A DNA stretch of 64,000 nucleotides from an uncultured Chloroflexia bacterium (GCA_963810095.1 CAWEMM010000012.1:64001-128000); one strand, 5' to 3'. Positions 10,246 to 20,203 are shown, counted from the stretch's first letter. Notes: generated from the sequence alone by a model not told the origin. Program-made: numbers and translations.

Positions 10246-10891
10246 TTACTCGGCTCGCCGCGCGAGCCGGTCGCGCAGCATCTCTTTCCACCCCTCGGCC
10301 AGCTCTGGCGAGAGCAGGAGTTCCTCGGCGAAGGATCGGTCGAACGCGCCGTGCCAGTTCTCGTTCAGCACTGCGATCGAATAGGGGCGCTGGGGCCGCG
10401 ATTCCAAAATCAGCTCGTCGCCCGCGCTCGACGTCGCCCGGCGTCAGCACCCGCAGGTACCAGCCGGTGCGCTGGGTCTCTGCGCCGCGCTTCAGAAAGC
10501 CCGGCAGACCCAGCTTGCGCTCCTGCTTGCTGCAGGGCACGCGCGACGCGCTCACCTGGACGCGGGCTGTGCCTGCCCGGTAGATATCGCCGACGAAAAC
10601 GCTGTACTCGTTCCCACCGCTGATCGTCCAGTTCTCCCCTACGGCGGCCGGACCCAGCGCCGCGCCCGGGTACTCGGCGTTCCAGAAATCGTAATGCTCG
10701 AGCGGTTGGCAGCAAACCGCCTGGTCGGGCGAGCCATGATGTTTCGGGTCTGCCACACGGTCGCCCGCGTGCCCCCCCAGGGTGAGAACGACCGGCTCGG
10801 CCACCGGCGTGCGGTAGATGGCGGAGAACCACTCTCCCCGCTCATCCCGATGCGTGGCCGGCTGTCCGATCGAAAGGGTGTGAATAAACAT
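10246..10891 (-). CDS. MOSC-domain protein (YiiM-like), frameshift near 10430
   Basis: SAIYRTP, GDRVADPKHHG, GENW, VGDIY, RVPCSK, TGWYLRVLTPG; continues GDELILE...LAEGWKEML in another frame. Confidence 0.85.
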
Positions 10892-10991
10892 GCTGCTCCT
10901 CGATGAGGCCGCTTGGCCCGATATGTCCCGAGGATTAAACCACAGATTCGTGTTCCACACCACATCTCGGTCAAAAACAAGCAAAATATAC

Positions 10992-11021
10992 TTGACAAAT
11001 AAATACTGTTAGCTTTATGAT
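10992..11021 (+). promoter_or_regulatory. Sigma70-type promoter of the Phd-like gene
   Basis: TTGACA (10992) - 18 bp - TATGAT (11016) in an AT-rich patch; RBS gggagg downstream. Confidence 0.7.
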
Positions 11022-11052
11022 GTAGCCACTCTCATGCCTACGGGAGGTCGAG

Positions 11053-11283
11053 ATGCCGTACGTCGGAATCAAGGAACTTAAGAACCAGACGACCGAGATC
11101 CTGCGCGGGGTGCGTGAGGATGGTCTTGAGTACGTGGTCACCTTCCACGGCCGGCCGGTGGCCGTGCTGCTGCCCATTGCCGACGATTTCCTCGTTGGCG
11201 AACAGCGACGCGCCGTCGAAGGCGCGTTTCCGAGCCAGCAACTGGTGACCGAGCTGCGCGCCGCCACGCTGATCGGCCTGTAA
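11053..11283 (+). CDS. Phd/YefM-family antitoxin-like protein, no toxin partner seen
   Basis: VGIKELKNQTTEILRGV..YVVTFHGRPVAVLLP. Confidence 0.85.
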   Translation: MPYVGIKELKNQTTEILRGVREDGLEYVVTFHGRPVAVLLPIADDFLVGEQRRAVEGAFPSQQLVTELRAATLIGL

Positions 11284-11489
11284 TGCGCGCGGCCCCCGGC
11301 CAACGTTACAGGGGCAACGGCCGCGGCCGAACTCGCAGGCGTCTCGAGGCGGGAGAGGCGCTCGTTGGTTCGGGCGCGGCCGCTGCTCCTGTCTCACGCC
11401 GGGCTATTCTTCTATGCGGGCGTCCTCGAGCGGCGGGCGCTCCTGACGCGCCGGCCGCTGCCTGGCTGGATGTTCGAGCCGAGGCAATA

Positions 11490-11540
11490 AGAAACCCGGT
11501 TTTGCTGCACCGGCAGGGCCAGCGCGAACAACCGGGTTTC
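11490..11540. repeat. Second AGAAACCCGGTTT-type inverted pair
   Basis: agaaacccggttt ... aaccgggtttc between convergent genes. Confidence 0.55.
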
Positions 11541-11559
11541 GGATGGACGCAGGTTGGCT

Positions 11560-12178
11560 TCAGCGTATGGAGGCGAACAAGGCGTCCGCTTCGGCCTGTT
11601 CGTACGTCTCGGCCGGCATCCCGTAGATGACCAGCGTCAGCCCCCGTTCGCCCCGGGCCGCCACCATTGCCTGCTTCCACGGCCCGCTGGAACCCTTTCC
11701 CTCGGCGATCACCATCTCGACCGGTTTCCCATTGACGGTGATGGTTTTGCGCTCTACGACCTTCATCTCGCTGTTGTGCCAGCGGTAGCCGTGTGAACTC
11801 GCCAGCCCGCGCACCTCGCGCTCCAGTTCGTCAAGGTTCGTCTGCGACGCCTCAGGCACGACGGCCAGCATGATATGCCCCGTTCCGTTCTCCGGGCGGT
11901 AGCCGACCAGGCTGAAGCCGCCGATCCGCATCGCGTATTCCGAGCGCCAGCCGGCCGGCAGCTCGAACGGCGCCGCCTCGCCGGCAGCTTCGCCCAACTG
12001 CCCCGGTTCGACCTGCACCGCCTCTTCCACTGCAGTTCGCACGGACTCGCTGCGGACCGTGACCGAGTTGTCGATGAACAGCCACCTGGCAATCAGCGCC
12101 ACCGAACAGGCACAGAGACAGAGTACGACGAGCAGTCCTGCGAGGACGGCCAGGATGATCTTAGTGTTGCGGCTCATG
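11560..12178 (-). CDS. Hypothetical membrane-anchored protein
   Basis: RBS ggag; MSRNTKIILAVLAGLLVVLCLCAC N-terminal TM; coding-like composition. Confidence 0.7.
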
Positions 12179-12329
12179 AGACTCCTCCAGACGGGCCTTT
12201 TTTGGGTGATGTCTTTCACTCACAGTACGCAAGGGAGTTGCTGCAGGTTGCGATCCAGGCCGGCCGGCTCTTTCACACCCTTGATCGCCCCTTGACACGG
12301 TGGTCGAGTAACCGCATCCGGGGCGCACA

Positions 12330-12338
12330 TGCTATAAT
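12330..12338 (+). promoter_or_regulatory. Extended -10 promoter element
   Basis: TG-c-TATAAT about 40 nt upstream of ATG 12380. Confidence 0.5.
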
Positions 12339-12379
12339 TGCCTCCTACTCGCAATTCAAGTCCTCGAAAGGCACGCCCC

Positions 12380-13219
12380 ATGCATCGCACCCTTAATTCC
12401 GTCATTGGCATTCTGCTGATGATCGCGGCCGTCGTCGGCCTCGTCGCCAGCATCGGCGGCATTGTGGTTCTTGGGTCGGTCCATGCCCGCATCGACTCAG
12501 GCGTGAAGCACCAGCTCGCGCTGCTCGACCAGGCGCTTACTGCAACCGATAGCGGCCTGCGCACGGCGTCCGCCTCCGTCGCTCAGAGCCAGGCGACGCT
12601 GTCGTCCCTACAGAGCACGATTGGCGGCTCGGCTGGCGCCATCGACGACATCGTGCCGGCTGTGCAGGCGATGGGCGGAGTTGTTGGTAGCCAGCTGCCG
12701 GGTGCGCTCGAGGGCGCGACAAAGGCACTGACCACCTTTGCGAACACCGCAGCGGTGATCGACCGGGTGATGGGCGTCCTCGAATCTGTGCCCTTCGTCA
12801 ACATCCCCGCCTACGACCCCGACGTACCGCTTGCCGAAAGCGTCTCGAACGTGCGCGATAGTGTGGCAGGGCTGGGCGCGGACTTACGCGATATCCAGAC
12901 GGGCCTGGACAAGACCGCGACGAACCTGAACGCGGTACGCGGGGAAGTCTCGGGCGTGAGCACCGCGCTTGGCGGCCTCGAGACGTCGTTGGCCGGCACG
13001 GTCGACGTCCTGTCCAGCTATCAGGAGATTGTGGGCGACCTCCGCAGCCAGGTCGACGCAGCCAACCAGGGCATCGAGGACGCGCTGCGCTGGGCGCGCA
13101 TCGTCGCAACCCTCGTCCTGGCCTGGGTCGGCATCGCATCTCTCGGCATGCTCGTACAGGGCTGGTATATCCTGCAGAGCAGACGGGAGCCAGCGCGGGC
13201 GGAGGCCACGGGACTGTAG
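12380..13219 (+). CDS. Hypothetical membrane protein with extracytoplasmic coiled coil
   Basis: N- and C-terminal TM helices around a heptad-rich region. Confidence 0.7.
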   Translation: MHRTLNSVIGILLMIAAVVGLVASIGGIVVLGSVHARIDSGVKHQLALLDQALTATDSGLRTASASVAQSQATLSSLQSTIGGSAGAIDDIVPAVQAMGGVVGSQLPGALEGATKALTTFANTAAVIDRVMGVLESVPFVNIPAYDPDVPLAESVSNVRDSVAGLGADLRDIQTGLDKTATNLNAVRGEVSGVSTALGGLETSLAGTVDVLSSYQEIVGDLRSQVDAANQGIEDALRWARIVATLVLAWVGIASLGMLVQGWYILQSRREPARAEATGL

Positions 13220-13379
13220 GGCAAGCAAGTCTGGCGGGCGCAAGTCCACGCTGCGCGGGCTTGCGGGCCGGGGCGCTTTACTTTGCGCTTGATATCGCCC
13301 TCCCGCTCCCGCCATCTTTGCCTTCTCTGCTCCCAGGAGTACAATTATTCGGCAGTCGTCATCATCAAGGAGTGACTCA

Positions 13380-14252
13380 GTGAGCATCATCGAGGTCACC
13401 AATCTCACAAAGTACTACGGCAAGGCGCGAGGCATCGTCGACGTCTCATTCAGCGAAGAAGCAGGCGAGATCTTCGGCTTCATCGGGCCGAACGGCGCGG
13501 GCAAGTCGACCACGATCCGCCTGCTCCTCTCCCTCATCCACCCCACCAGCGGCAGTGCGAAGATCTTCGGCCAGGACGTTGTCAGCAACGGGCCCAAAAT
13601 CCGGCGCGACATCGGCTACCTGCCTTCCGAGGTGTTTTACTACGAAGGGATGAAGGTCGTCGACCTGTTGAAGTATTCCGCCAGCTTCTACCCCCACGAC
13701 TGTACCCAGCGCATGAAACAGCTTTCGGATATCATGGAGCTGGAGCTGAACCGCCGCATCAGCGACCTGTCGTACGGCAACAAGAAGAAGGTTGGCATCG
13801 TGCAGGGCTTGCTGCACAGCCCGAAGCTGTTGTTCCTCGACGAGCCGACTTCCGGCTTGGATCCGCTCATGCAGCGGAAATTCTTCGACCTGATCCGTGA
13901 GGAAAACGCCCGGGGCGTCACCGTCTTCTTCTCCTCCCATATCCTGGGCGAGGTGCAGAAGCTCTGCACGCGGGTTGGCATCATCCGGGAAGGCAAGATC
14001 GTCGAGATCTCGGATATCCGGAGCCTGCAACAGAACAACTACAAGAAGATCGGCCTGACCGCACCGGGCGTCAGTCCGGATGCGTTCGCCCTGCCGGGCG
14101 TCACCGAGTGCCAACAGGAAGGCGACGCGCTGCGCTTCTTCTTCCGCGGCGACATCAACGCGGTGCTGCAGAGGCTGGGCCAAATGCAGGTGACCGATTT
14201 GACCATCGAAGAGCCCACGCTCGAAGAGATCTTCATGCACTACTACGAATAG
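13380..14252 (+). CDS. ABC transporter ATP-binding protein (ABC-2 exporter)
   Basis: GPNGAGKST, LSYGNKKK, FLDEPTSGLDP, SSH. Confidence 0.95.
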   Translation: MSIIEVTNLTKYYGKARGIVDVSFSEEAGEIFGFIGPNGAGKSTTIRLLLSLIHPTSGSAKIFGQDVVSNGPKIRRDIGYLPSEVFYYEGMKVVDLLKYSASFYPHDCTQRMKQLSDIMELELNRRISDLSYGNKKKVGIVQGLLHSPKLLFLDEPTSGLDPLMQRKFFDLIREENARGVTVFFSSHILGEVQKLCTRVGIIREGKIVEISDIRSLQQNNYKKIGLTAPGVSPDAFALPGVTECQQEGDALRFFFRGDINAVLQRLGQMQVTDLTIEEPTLEEIFMHYYE

Positions 14253-14261
14253 GCGGAGACC

Positions 14262-15071
14262 ATGAACGCAAGCATTTACAGGCATGAGTTCCGCGGGCGC
14301 CTCAAATCGGTGATCGTCTGGTCTGTCGCGGTGGCCGCGCTGATCCTGTTCTTCTTCTCGATCTTCCCTGTGTTTGCGGACCAGGCCGCACTCATGAACG
14401 AGTTCCTCGCCCGTTACCCGGCGCAACTGCGGGTCGCGCTGGGGCTGGGGAACCTGGATCTGGCGACCGTGCTTGGCTACTACAGCTTTCTCTTCATGTT
14501 CGTACAGCTGTGCCTGGCGGTTCAGGCCGCGAATTACGGCGTCGGCCTGGTGTCTGTGGAAGAGACCGACCTCACGGCCGACTTCCTGCTGGCCAAGCCT
14601 GTCAGCCGGGCCCAGGTGATGACCAGCAAACTGCTGGCCGCGCTGACCAGCCTGCTCCTCACCGACCTGGTCATCGTCGTCGTCACCTTCCTGGGGATCA
14701 CGCTGTTCCGCGAGGGGCGGGCCTACGACACCCGCACGCTGATCCTGCTGCTGGTGAGCATGGTCATCTTCCAGCTCTTCTTCCTCGGGGTCGGGCTGGC
14801 GATCTCGCTGCTGGTGAAGCGGGTGCGAAGCGTGACGCCGTATGCGCTGGGCCTCGCCATCGGCATGTACGTCCTGAGCGCCTTCAGCGGGGTCTTCGGC
14901 GATGTGGCGCTCGAATTGCTCACGCCGTTCAAGCACCTCGACGCGGCATACATCGCACACAACGGCGCGTTCAACACACCGCTGGTGCTGCTCAACCTCG
15001 GGGTGACGCTGATCGCGCTGGTGGCGAGCTACTGGCTGTACCTGCGCCGCGACATCCCGGCCGTGTCGTGA
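14262..15071 (+). CDS. ABC-2 transporter permease
   Basis: Six TMs, EETDLTADFLLAKPVSR, LTPFKH, RRDI. Confidence 0.88.
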   Translation: MNASIYRHEFRGRLKSVIVWSVAVAALILFFFSIFPVFADQAALMNEFLARYPAQLRVALGLGNLDLATVLGYYSFLFMFVQLCLAVQAANYGVGLVSVEETDLTADFLLAKPVSRAQVMTSKLLAALTSLLLTDLVIVVVTFLGITLFREGRAYDTRTLILLLVSMVIFQLFFLGVGLAISLLVKRVRSVTPYALGLAIGMYVLSAFSGVFGDVALELLTPFKHLDAAYIAHNGAFNTPLVLLNLGVTLIALVASYWLYLRRDIPAVS

Positions 15072-15085
15072 GGGGAGGGTAAACC

Positions 15086-15880
15086 GTGAATATCTTCCTG
15101 CGTGAGCTGCGCGCTAACCTGAAATCGCTGCTGATCTGGTGCGGCATCGTCATCCTCCTGATCATCATGGCCGTGGCCAAGTTTCAGGCCTTTGCCGGCG
15201 ACCCACAGACGATCAAGATGCTCGATTCGATGCCCAAGCAGCTGCTGGACGCGTTCGGGCTGCGCGCCTTCAACATGACCACTCTCAGCGGCTTTTACGG
15301 CGTCATGTTCGTCTACTTCGCCCTGATGGGTGCCATTGCCGCGGCCTTGTGGGGCAGCGACATCATCGCGAAGGAGCAGCGCGACAAGACCGTCGAGTTT
15401 TCCCTCGTGCTGCCGGTCTCGCGCAACCGGGTGGTAACCGCCAAAGCACTGGCAGCCCTGGTCAATTGCGTGATCTTCGTCCTGGTCACCTGGGGCGCGT
15501 CCGCGGTCGCCGTCCGCTCGTTCCAGCCGGACCAGGCTTTCTTCGACTACCTGCGGCTGCAGATGGCCGCGCTCTTTGCGATCGAGCTGATCTTCCTCGC
15601 GGTCGGCTTGCTGCTCGGCTGCGCGCTGAAGCAGTATCGCCGCGCCGGCACAGTTGCCGTATCCATCATCCTCGGCGCATACTTCATCTCGATCATCACG
15701 AGCATGCAGGCGAGCCTGGATTTCCTGAAGTGGTTCACGCCGTTCAAGTACTTCGACGCGGCAGAGCTGTTCCGCGCCGGGAGTATGAACACGACCTACC
15801 TCGTCCTCTCCGCGGCTATTATCGTCGTCTGCGTGGCCGCGGCGTACTGGTTCTATAACCGGCGGGACCTGTATATCTAG
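15086..15880 (+). CDS. ABC-2 transporter permease
   Basis: EQRDKTVEFSLVLPVSR, FTPFKY, RRDL; paralog of the preceding gene. Confidence 0.88.
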   Translation: MNIFLRELRANLKSLLIWCGIVILLIIMAVAKFQAFAGDPQTIKMLDSMPKQLLDAFGLRAFNMTTLSGFYGVMFVYFALMGAIAAALWGSDIIAKEQRDKTVEFSLVLPVSRNRVVTAKALAALVNCVIFVLVTWGASAVAVRSFQPDQAFFDYLRLQMAALFAIELIFLAVGLLLGCALKQYRRAGTVAVSIILGAYFISIITSMQASLDFLKWFTPFKYFDAAELFRAGSMNTTYLVLSAAIIVVCVAAAYWFYNRRDLYI

Positions 15881-15903
15881 GCCGGACGCGGGCCGGCAAC
15901 GCG

Positions 15904-16998
15904 ATGAACGAAGAATCGCTCCGCCGCTTTCGCCCAGACGGCTACCTGGCCGGGCTGGCCATGGTCGCGCTGATTACGGTCATCGGCCTGATTACGCATG
16001 GCCTGATCGTCTCGACGAACCTCGTCATGCTGTTCCTGCTGGCGGTGGTGATCGTCGCGCTGCGCTGGGGCCTTGGCCCGGCGATCTTCACCGCGCTGGC
16101 CAGCGTGGTGGGCTTTGACTTCTTCATCATCCCCCCAAGGCTGACCTTCGAAGTCGCAGACACGCAGTACCTGCTGACGTTCTTCGGCCTGCTGGCGACG
16201 GGTGTGGTCATCAGCACGCTCGCTGCCAGGGCGCGCCAGCGCGCCGACGAGGCCGTCGAACGCGCGCAATTGCTCGAGCAGGCCCGTGAGGCCGAGCTCC
16301 TCCGCGCGACGGAAAAGCTGCAAACGGCACTGCTTAACTCCATCTCGCACGACCTGCGTACGCCCCTGGCGTCGATCACCGGCGCCGTCAGTACGCTCCG
16401 GGACCCCGACGTGCAGTTGGACGAGGTCACCAGAGCCGAGCTTATCGCGGACGTCGCAACCGAGGCCGACCGCTTGAACCGGCTGGTCGGCAACCTGCTT
16501 GATATGACCCGGGTGGAGGCCGGCGCACTCCACATCACTAGCGAGCCGGGCGACATGGCCGAGGTCATCGGCGCGGCGCTCGAGCAGCGCGCAGGCGTGC
16601 TAAAGGACCGGACTCTGCTGCTCCGCGTGCAGCGCGATCTGCCCCCTGTGCCCATGAGCGAACCCCTCATCGTCCAGGTCGTCGTAAACCTGCTCGACAA
16701 CGCGCTCAAGTATTCGGGCGACGAAGCGGCGGTCGAACTGTCTGCGGCACTCGAGGGTGCGGCCGTGGCTGTAGCGGTGTCCGACCGGGGCGTCGGATTT
16801 CCGGAAGGGGACGAAGGGCACATCTTCGACAAGTTCTACCGCGTCCAGCAGCCGGGGCGGGTCAGCGGGACGGGCCTGGGGCTCGCGATTGCCAAAGGCA
16901 TCGTGGAGGCCCACGGCGGCGAGATTGCGGCCGAACACCGGCCCGGCGGCGGTTCGACCTTCCGCTTCACGCTGCCCGTGGCCAGGGAGGGACCATGA
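15904..16998 (+). CDS. Short KdpD-like sensor kinase (4-TM DUF4118-type + HisKA + HATPase)
   Basis: NLVMLFLLAV, FDFFIIPPRLTF, LLNSISHDLRTPL, NLLDNALKY, GTGLGLAI; lacks KdpD/USP/GAF domains. Confidence 0.88.
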   Translation: MNEESLRRFRPDGYLAGLAMVALITVIGLITHGLIVSTNLVMLFLLAVVIVALRWGLGPAIFTALASVVGFDFFIIPPRLTFEVADTQYLLTFFGLLATGVVISTLAARARQRADEAVERAQLLEQAREAELLRATEKLQTALLNSISHDLRTPLASITGAVSTLRDPDVQLDEVTRAELIADVATEADRLNRLVGNLLDMTRVEAGALHITSEPGDMAEVIGAALEQRAGVLKDRTLLLRVQRDLPPVPMSEPLIVQVVVNLLDNALKYSGDEAAVELSAALEGAAVAVAVSDRGVGFPEGDEGHIFDKFYRVQQPGRVSGTGLGLAIAKGIVEAHGGEIAAEHRPGGGSTFRFTLPVAREGP

Positions 16999-17687
16999 CC
17001 CAGCCCGTCAACCAGCGGGTGCTGATCGTGGACGATGAGCACGCGATCCGCCGCTTCCTGCGTGCCTCGCTCACCGCGCACGGCTATACGATTCACGAGG
17101 CGGCCACGGGCGAAGAGGCCCTGCAAGTGGTCGTCAATGCCCGGCCAGACATCGTCATCCTCGACCTGGGCCTGCCCGGCATCGACGGGCTGGAGGTCAC
17201 CAAGCGCCTGCGCGAGTGGAGCACGACGCCGGTGATCGTCTTGTCGGTGCGGAATGACGAGGCAGAGAAGATCCGGGCGCTGGATGCGGGAGCCGACGAC
17301 TACCTCACCAAGCCCTTCGGCGTCGGCGAGCTGCTGGCCCGGCTGCGGGTGGCCCTGCGTCACCGGGCGCCTGAGGCGGGGAACGCGGCACTCTCTGCCG
17401 GCGAACTCGCTATAGATCTCACCCGGCGGCTGGTGACACTGGCAGGCGAGCCCGTCCAGCTCACGCCGACCGAGTATGACCTGCTGCGCGTAATGATGAC
17501 CCACGCCGGGAAGGTGCTCACGCACCGCCAACTGCTGCGCGAGGTGTGGGGCGCGGCGTACGAGTCGGAGACCCACCTGCTGCGCGTTAACATCAGCAAC
17601 CTGCGGCGAAAGATCGAGCCCGAGCCGGCACGACCGCAGTACATCTTGAATGAGCCGGGAGTCGGCTACCGCCTGCGTGAGTCTTGA
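16995..17687 (+). CDS. kdpE: KdpE-like OmpR-family response regulator
   Basis: ALDAGADDYLTKPF, AGKVLTHRQLLREVWG, HLLRVNISNLRRKIE..P..PQYILNEPGVGYR; overlaps the kinase (ATGA). Confidence 0.85.
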   Translation: MTQPVNQRVLIVDDEHAIRRFLRASLTAHGYTIHEAATGEEALQVVVNARPDIVILDLGLPGIDGLEVTKRLREWSTTPVIVLSVRNDEAEKIRALDAGADDYLTKPFGVGELLARLRVALRHRAPEAGNAALSAGELAIDLTRRLVTLAGEPVQLTPTEYDLLRVMMTHAGKVLTHRQLLREVWGAAYESETHLLRVNISNLRRKIEPEPARPQYILNEPGVGYRLRES

Positions 17688-17749
17688 CACTTTCTTGACA
17701 CGTTCCGGCCCAATCTTGATCCTCTCTTTATGCCCCCCGGACGTATGCT
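17682..17749 (+). promoter_or_regulatory. Tandem TCTTGAC-type boxes (putative KdpE-like binding array) plus -10
   Basis: tcttgacac at 17682 and 17693; tcttgat 17714 and tctttat 17725 (11-bp pairs); tatgct 17744. Confidence 0.6.
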
Positions 17750-17771
17750 CTCCATCGAGGAGAGTAGTCAA

Positions 17772-17993
17772 ATGGATTTGCTCATCAAGCACGGCACCTG
17801 GATCATCGCGCCGGTCGGCCTGGTCCTGTCCCTGGTTTATCTTTACGCGTACCCGAAAATCTACCCGTTCCTGGTCGCCCGGTCCCTGAAAGAAGAGGAT
17901 GCCCTGGGCCGCGCCCCACAGGCTGTAACTCCCGAGGTTGAACCCCATCCCCGGCCATTCGAGGCGCCCCAGCCGGCCCGTTCACGCGCCTAA
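17772..17993 (+). CDS. Small single-TM protein (73 aa)
   Basis: RBS gaggag; MDLLIKHGTWIIAPVGLVLSLVYLYAYPKIYPFL. Confidence 0.6.
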   Translation: MDLLIKHGTWIIAPVGLVLSLVYLYAYPKIYPFLVARSLKEEDALGRAPQAVTPEVEPHPRPFEAPQPARSRA

Positions 17994-18006
17994 ACCGAGC
18001 TGAAAT

Positions 18007-18086
18007 GGGACGCTGATGCAACTGATCTGCACTGCCCTTAGGGTAGAGATCGTGATAGTCAGTCTGATCCGTTCAATCAGTGTCCC
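18007..18086. repeat. 9-nt-period inverted-repeat element, family A copy 1
   Basis: gggacgctgatgcaactgatc ... gatccgttcaatcagtgtccc. Confidence 0.7.
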
Positions 18087-18162
18087 GTCCCGTCTGGCTC
18101 GGTCGGAGACCGGCCAGAGCCCTTTCGGATAGAGTCTTAGTGCAGAGTGCTGCGGGAAAAGC

Positions 18163-19239
18163 TCAGGCCCGCGGCAGGATCACGGAGAACTGCGACCCCC
18201 GCCCCTTGCCCGCACTCGCGGCTTCGACGCGACCGCCGTGCGCTTCCACGATCACCTTGACGATGGCGAGCCCAAGCCCGGTGCCCCCCGTCTCGCGGCT
18301 GCGCGACCTGTCGGCCCGGTAGAACCGGTCGAACGCCGCGGCAAGTTGGTCGGGCTCCAGCCCTTCGCCCGTGTCCGCCACCGTCAGACGCACTTCTGAC
18401 GTGCTCACGGCGCTCGACACCCACACCTCGCCGCCCGCATCCGTGTGCCGCAGGGCATTTGTCAGCAGGTTGAATAGGACCTGGCGGATGCGCCCAGGGT
18501 CGACTTCGAGCTCGGGCAGGCCGCTGCAGCGGTCCACGAGTGCGATCCCTTTCTCGGCGGCAAACGGCTCGAGCGCCTGGAGCGTCTCGGCGACCAGGTC
18601 GGCCAGCGAACTCGCCTGCTTCTGCAGGGGCAGCTGCCTCGACTCGCCCAGCGAGAGCTCGCGCAGGTCGTTGACCAGGCGGATCAGGTGACGGGTCTGG
18701 CTGTACAAGTTTGCGATTTCCGACTCGTCGAGCGTGTAGACGTGATCGAGCGCTGCCCGGAGATTGCCCTCCAGTACGGTCAAGGGCGTACGTAGCTCGT
18801 GCGACACGTCGGCCATCAGATCGCTGCGCACGCTCTCAGCGCGCTGCAGGTCCGCGGCCATCTGGTTAAACGTGCTGCCGAGCTCGACCATCTCGAGGCT
18901 GCCGCGGGGTTTTACCCGCGCGCCAAGCTCCCCCGACCCCACCCGTCGCGCCACTCGCACCAGGTCCGTGATTGGCGCACTCACGATGCGCCCGATCAGG
19001 CCGCCGCCCGCAAGGCCCACCGCCGCTGAGAGCAGCATGAAGTTCACAAGCCGCCGCGTGATCTCGTCGCGCGTCTCGTTGCCAGGCCCCTCGGCATGGC
19101 CGGCCGTCTGTCCGGGCGCGACCGGGGACGGGGGCAGCCCGCCGGCCGGCGACAGCATGATCGACGCGAACTGCAGGAAGAAGACCAGGAAGAGTACTCC
19201 GGCAATCATCAGACCGATTCGCACCCACAGGCGGTTCAT
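18163..19239 (-). CDS. BaeS-like HAMP sensor histidine kinase
   Basis: ADVSHELRTPL, NLLTNALRH, FDRFYRADRSRSR..GGTGLGL. Confidence 0.93.
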   Translation of the reverse strand: MNRLWVRIGLMIAGVLFLVFFLQFASIMLSPAGGLPPSPVAPGQTAGHAEGPGNETRDEITRRLVNFMLLSAAVGLAGGGLIGRIVSAPITDLVRVARRVGSGELGARVKPRGSLEMVELGSTFNQMAADLQRAESVRSDLMADVSHELRTPLTVLEGNLRAALDHVYTLDESEIANLYSQTRHLIRLVNDLRELSLGESRQLPLQKQASSLADLVAETLQALEPFAAEKGIALVDRCSGLPELEVDPGRIRQVLFNLLTNALRHTDAGGEVWVSSAVSTSEVRLTVADTGEGLEPDQLAAAFDRFYRADRSRSRETGGTGLGLAIVKVIVEAHGGRVEAASAGKGRGSQFSVILPRA

Positions 19240-19943
19240 CGGGCATCTCCGGTGAAGCGGTATCCCACGCCGTAGACTGTCTGGATGTACACCGGGTCTT
19301 CGGCATCACGCTCGATCTTTCGGCGCAAGTTGCGGATGTGGGTGTCGAGCGCCCGGCCCAGCCCTTCGTACGCATACCCAAGTGCCTTCTCGAGCAGTTC
19401 GTCACGGGCCAAGGTGTAGCCCGGATTGCTCATGAACGCCTCCAGCAGGTTGAACTCGGTACGGGTGAGTTCGACGGGCCGGCCGTCGACCAGGAGCAGA
19501 TGTTGGTCGAGGTCGAGCCGCAAGTCGCCAGACGCGAGGATGCGCGGGGCCGCGATGGGCAGCCGGTCGAGGCGGGTGCGCCGCAGCAGCGCGCTGACCC
19601 GCGCGACGACCTCACGCGCATTGAACGGCTTGGTAATGTAGTCGTCCGCGCCCAACTCGAGGCCTACAATCTTGTCAGTGTCTTCGACCCGGGCGGTCAG
19701 CATGATGATCGGCACGGCCGCAAGGACCGGGTCTGCGCGCACCACCCGCGTGACGTCCCAGCCATCGCGGCCGGGCATCATCAGGTCCAGCACCACGAGG
19801 TCGGGCTGGTCGTGCCGCAGCACGTGCAGCGCGGTCTCGCCATCGCCTGCGGTCAGAACCTGGTAGCCCGCTTGCTCCAGGTAACCGCGCAACACCTTGA
19901 TGATGGAACGGTCGTCGTCGACCACAAGCACTCGTGAAGGCAT
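19236..19943 (-). CDS. OmpR-family response regulator
   Basis: VVDDD, LDLMMP, GLELGADDYITKPF, HIRNLRRKIE, TVYGVGY. Confidence 0.95.
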   Translation of the reverse strand: MPSRVLVVDDDRSIIKVLRGYLEQAGYQVLTAGDGETALHVLRHDQPDLVVLDLMMPGRDGWDVTRVVRADPVLAAVPIIMLTARVEDTDKIVGLELGADDYITKPFNAREVVARVSALLRRTRLDRLPIAAPRILASGDLRLDLDQHLLLVDGRPVELTRTEFNLLEAFMSNPGYTLARDELLEKALGYAYEGLGRALDTHIRNLRRKIERDAEDPVYIQTVYGVGYRFTGDAR

Positions 19944-19990
19944 TGTCTCTCCTGATCGTCCTGTTCGTCTCGCAGCATCCTAGCACGAAA

Positions 19991-20081
19991 TTCTCAAGAC
20001 ATTGTCAAGCAACGTTAGCCGGGAAGCCGGTCCTGCGAATCCTCAGAATCTATGCAGCCGAGCTTGAGATTCTCTTGAGAA
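19991..20081. promoter_or_regulatory. Two oppositely oriented 11-bp-spaced CTTGAS box pairs in a divergent promoter
   Basis: ttctcaag/ttgtcaag at 19991/20002; cttgag at 20063/20074. Confidence 0.55.
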
Positions 20082-20203
20082 TTGCGGCGCAGAATGACAA
20101 GCATCAAGGACGATGCCGGCAGGCGCTTGTCCGCCGGCGTTCGCCCTGGCGCTCGTCCATCGCAAGGTGCGATCGTTGGATTCAATCAAACAGGAGAAGC
20201 ATC

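Noticed and set aside
11283-11630. Toxin gene coupled to the Phd antitoxin (TAATG overlap)
   Set aside because: Translation is Arg/Ala/Pro-rich noise with no PIN, RelE or Doc motifs, and it overlaps the next gene
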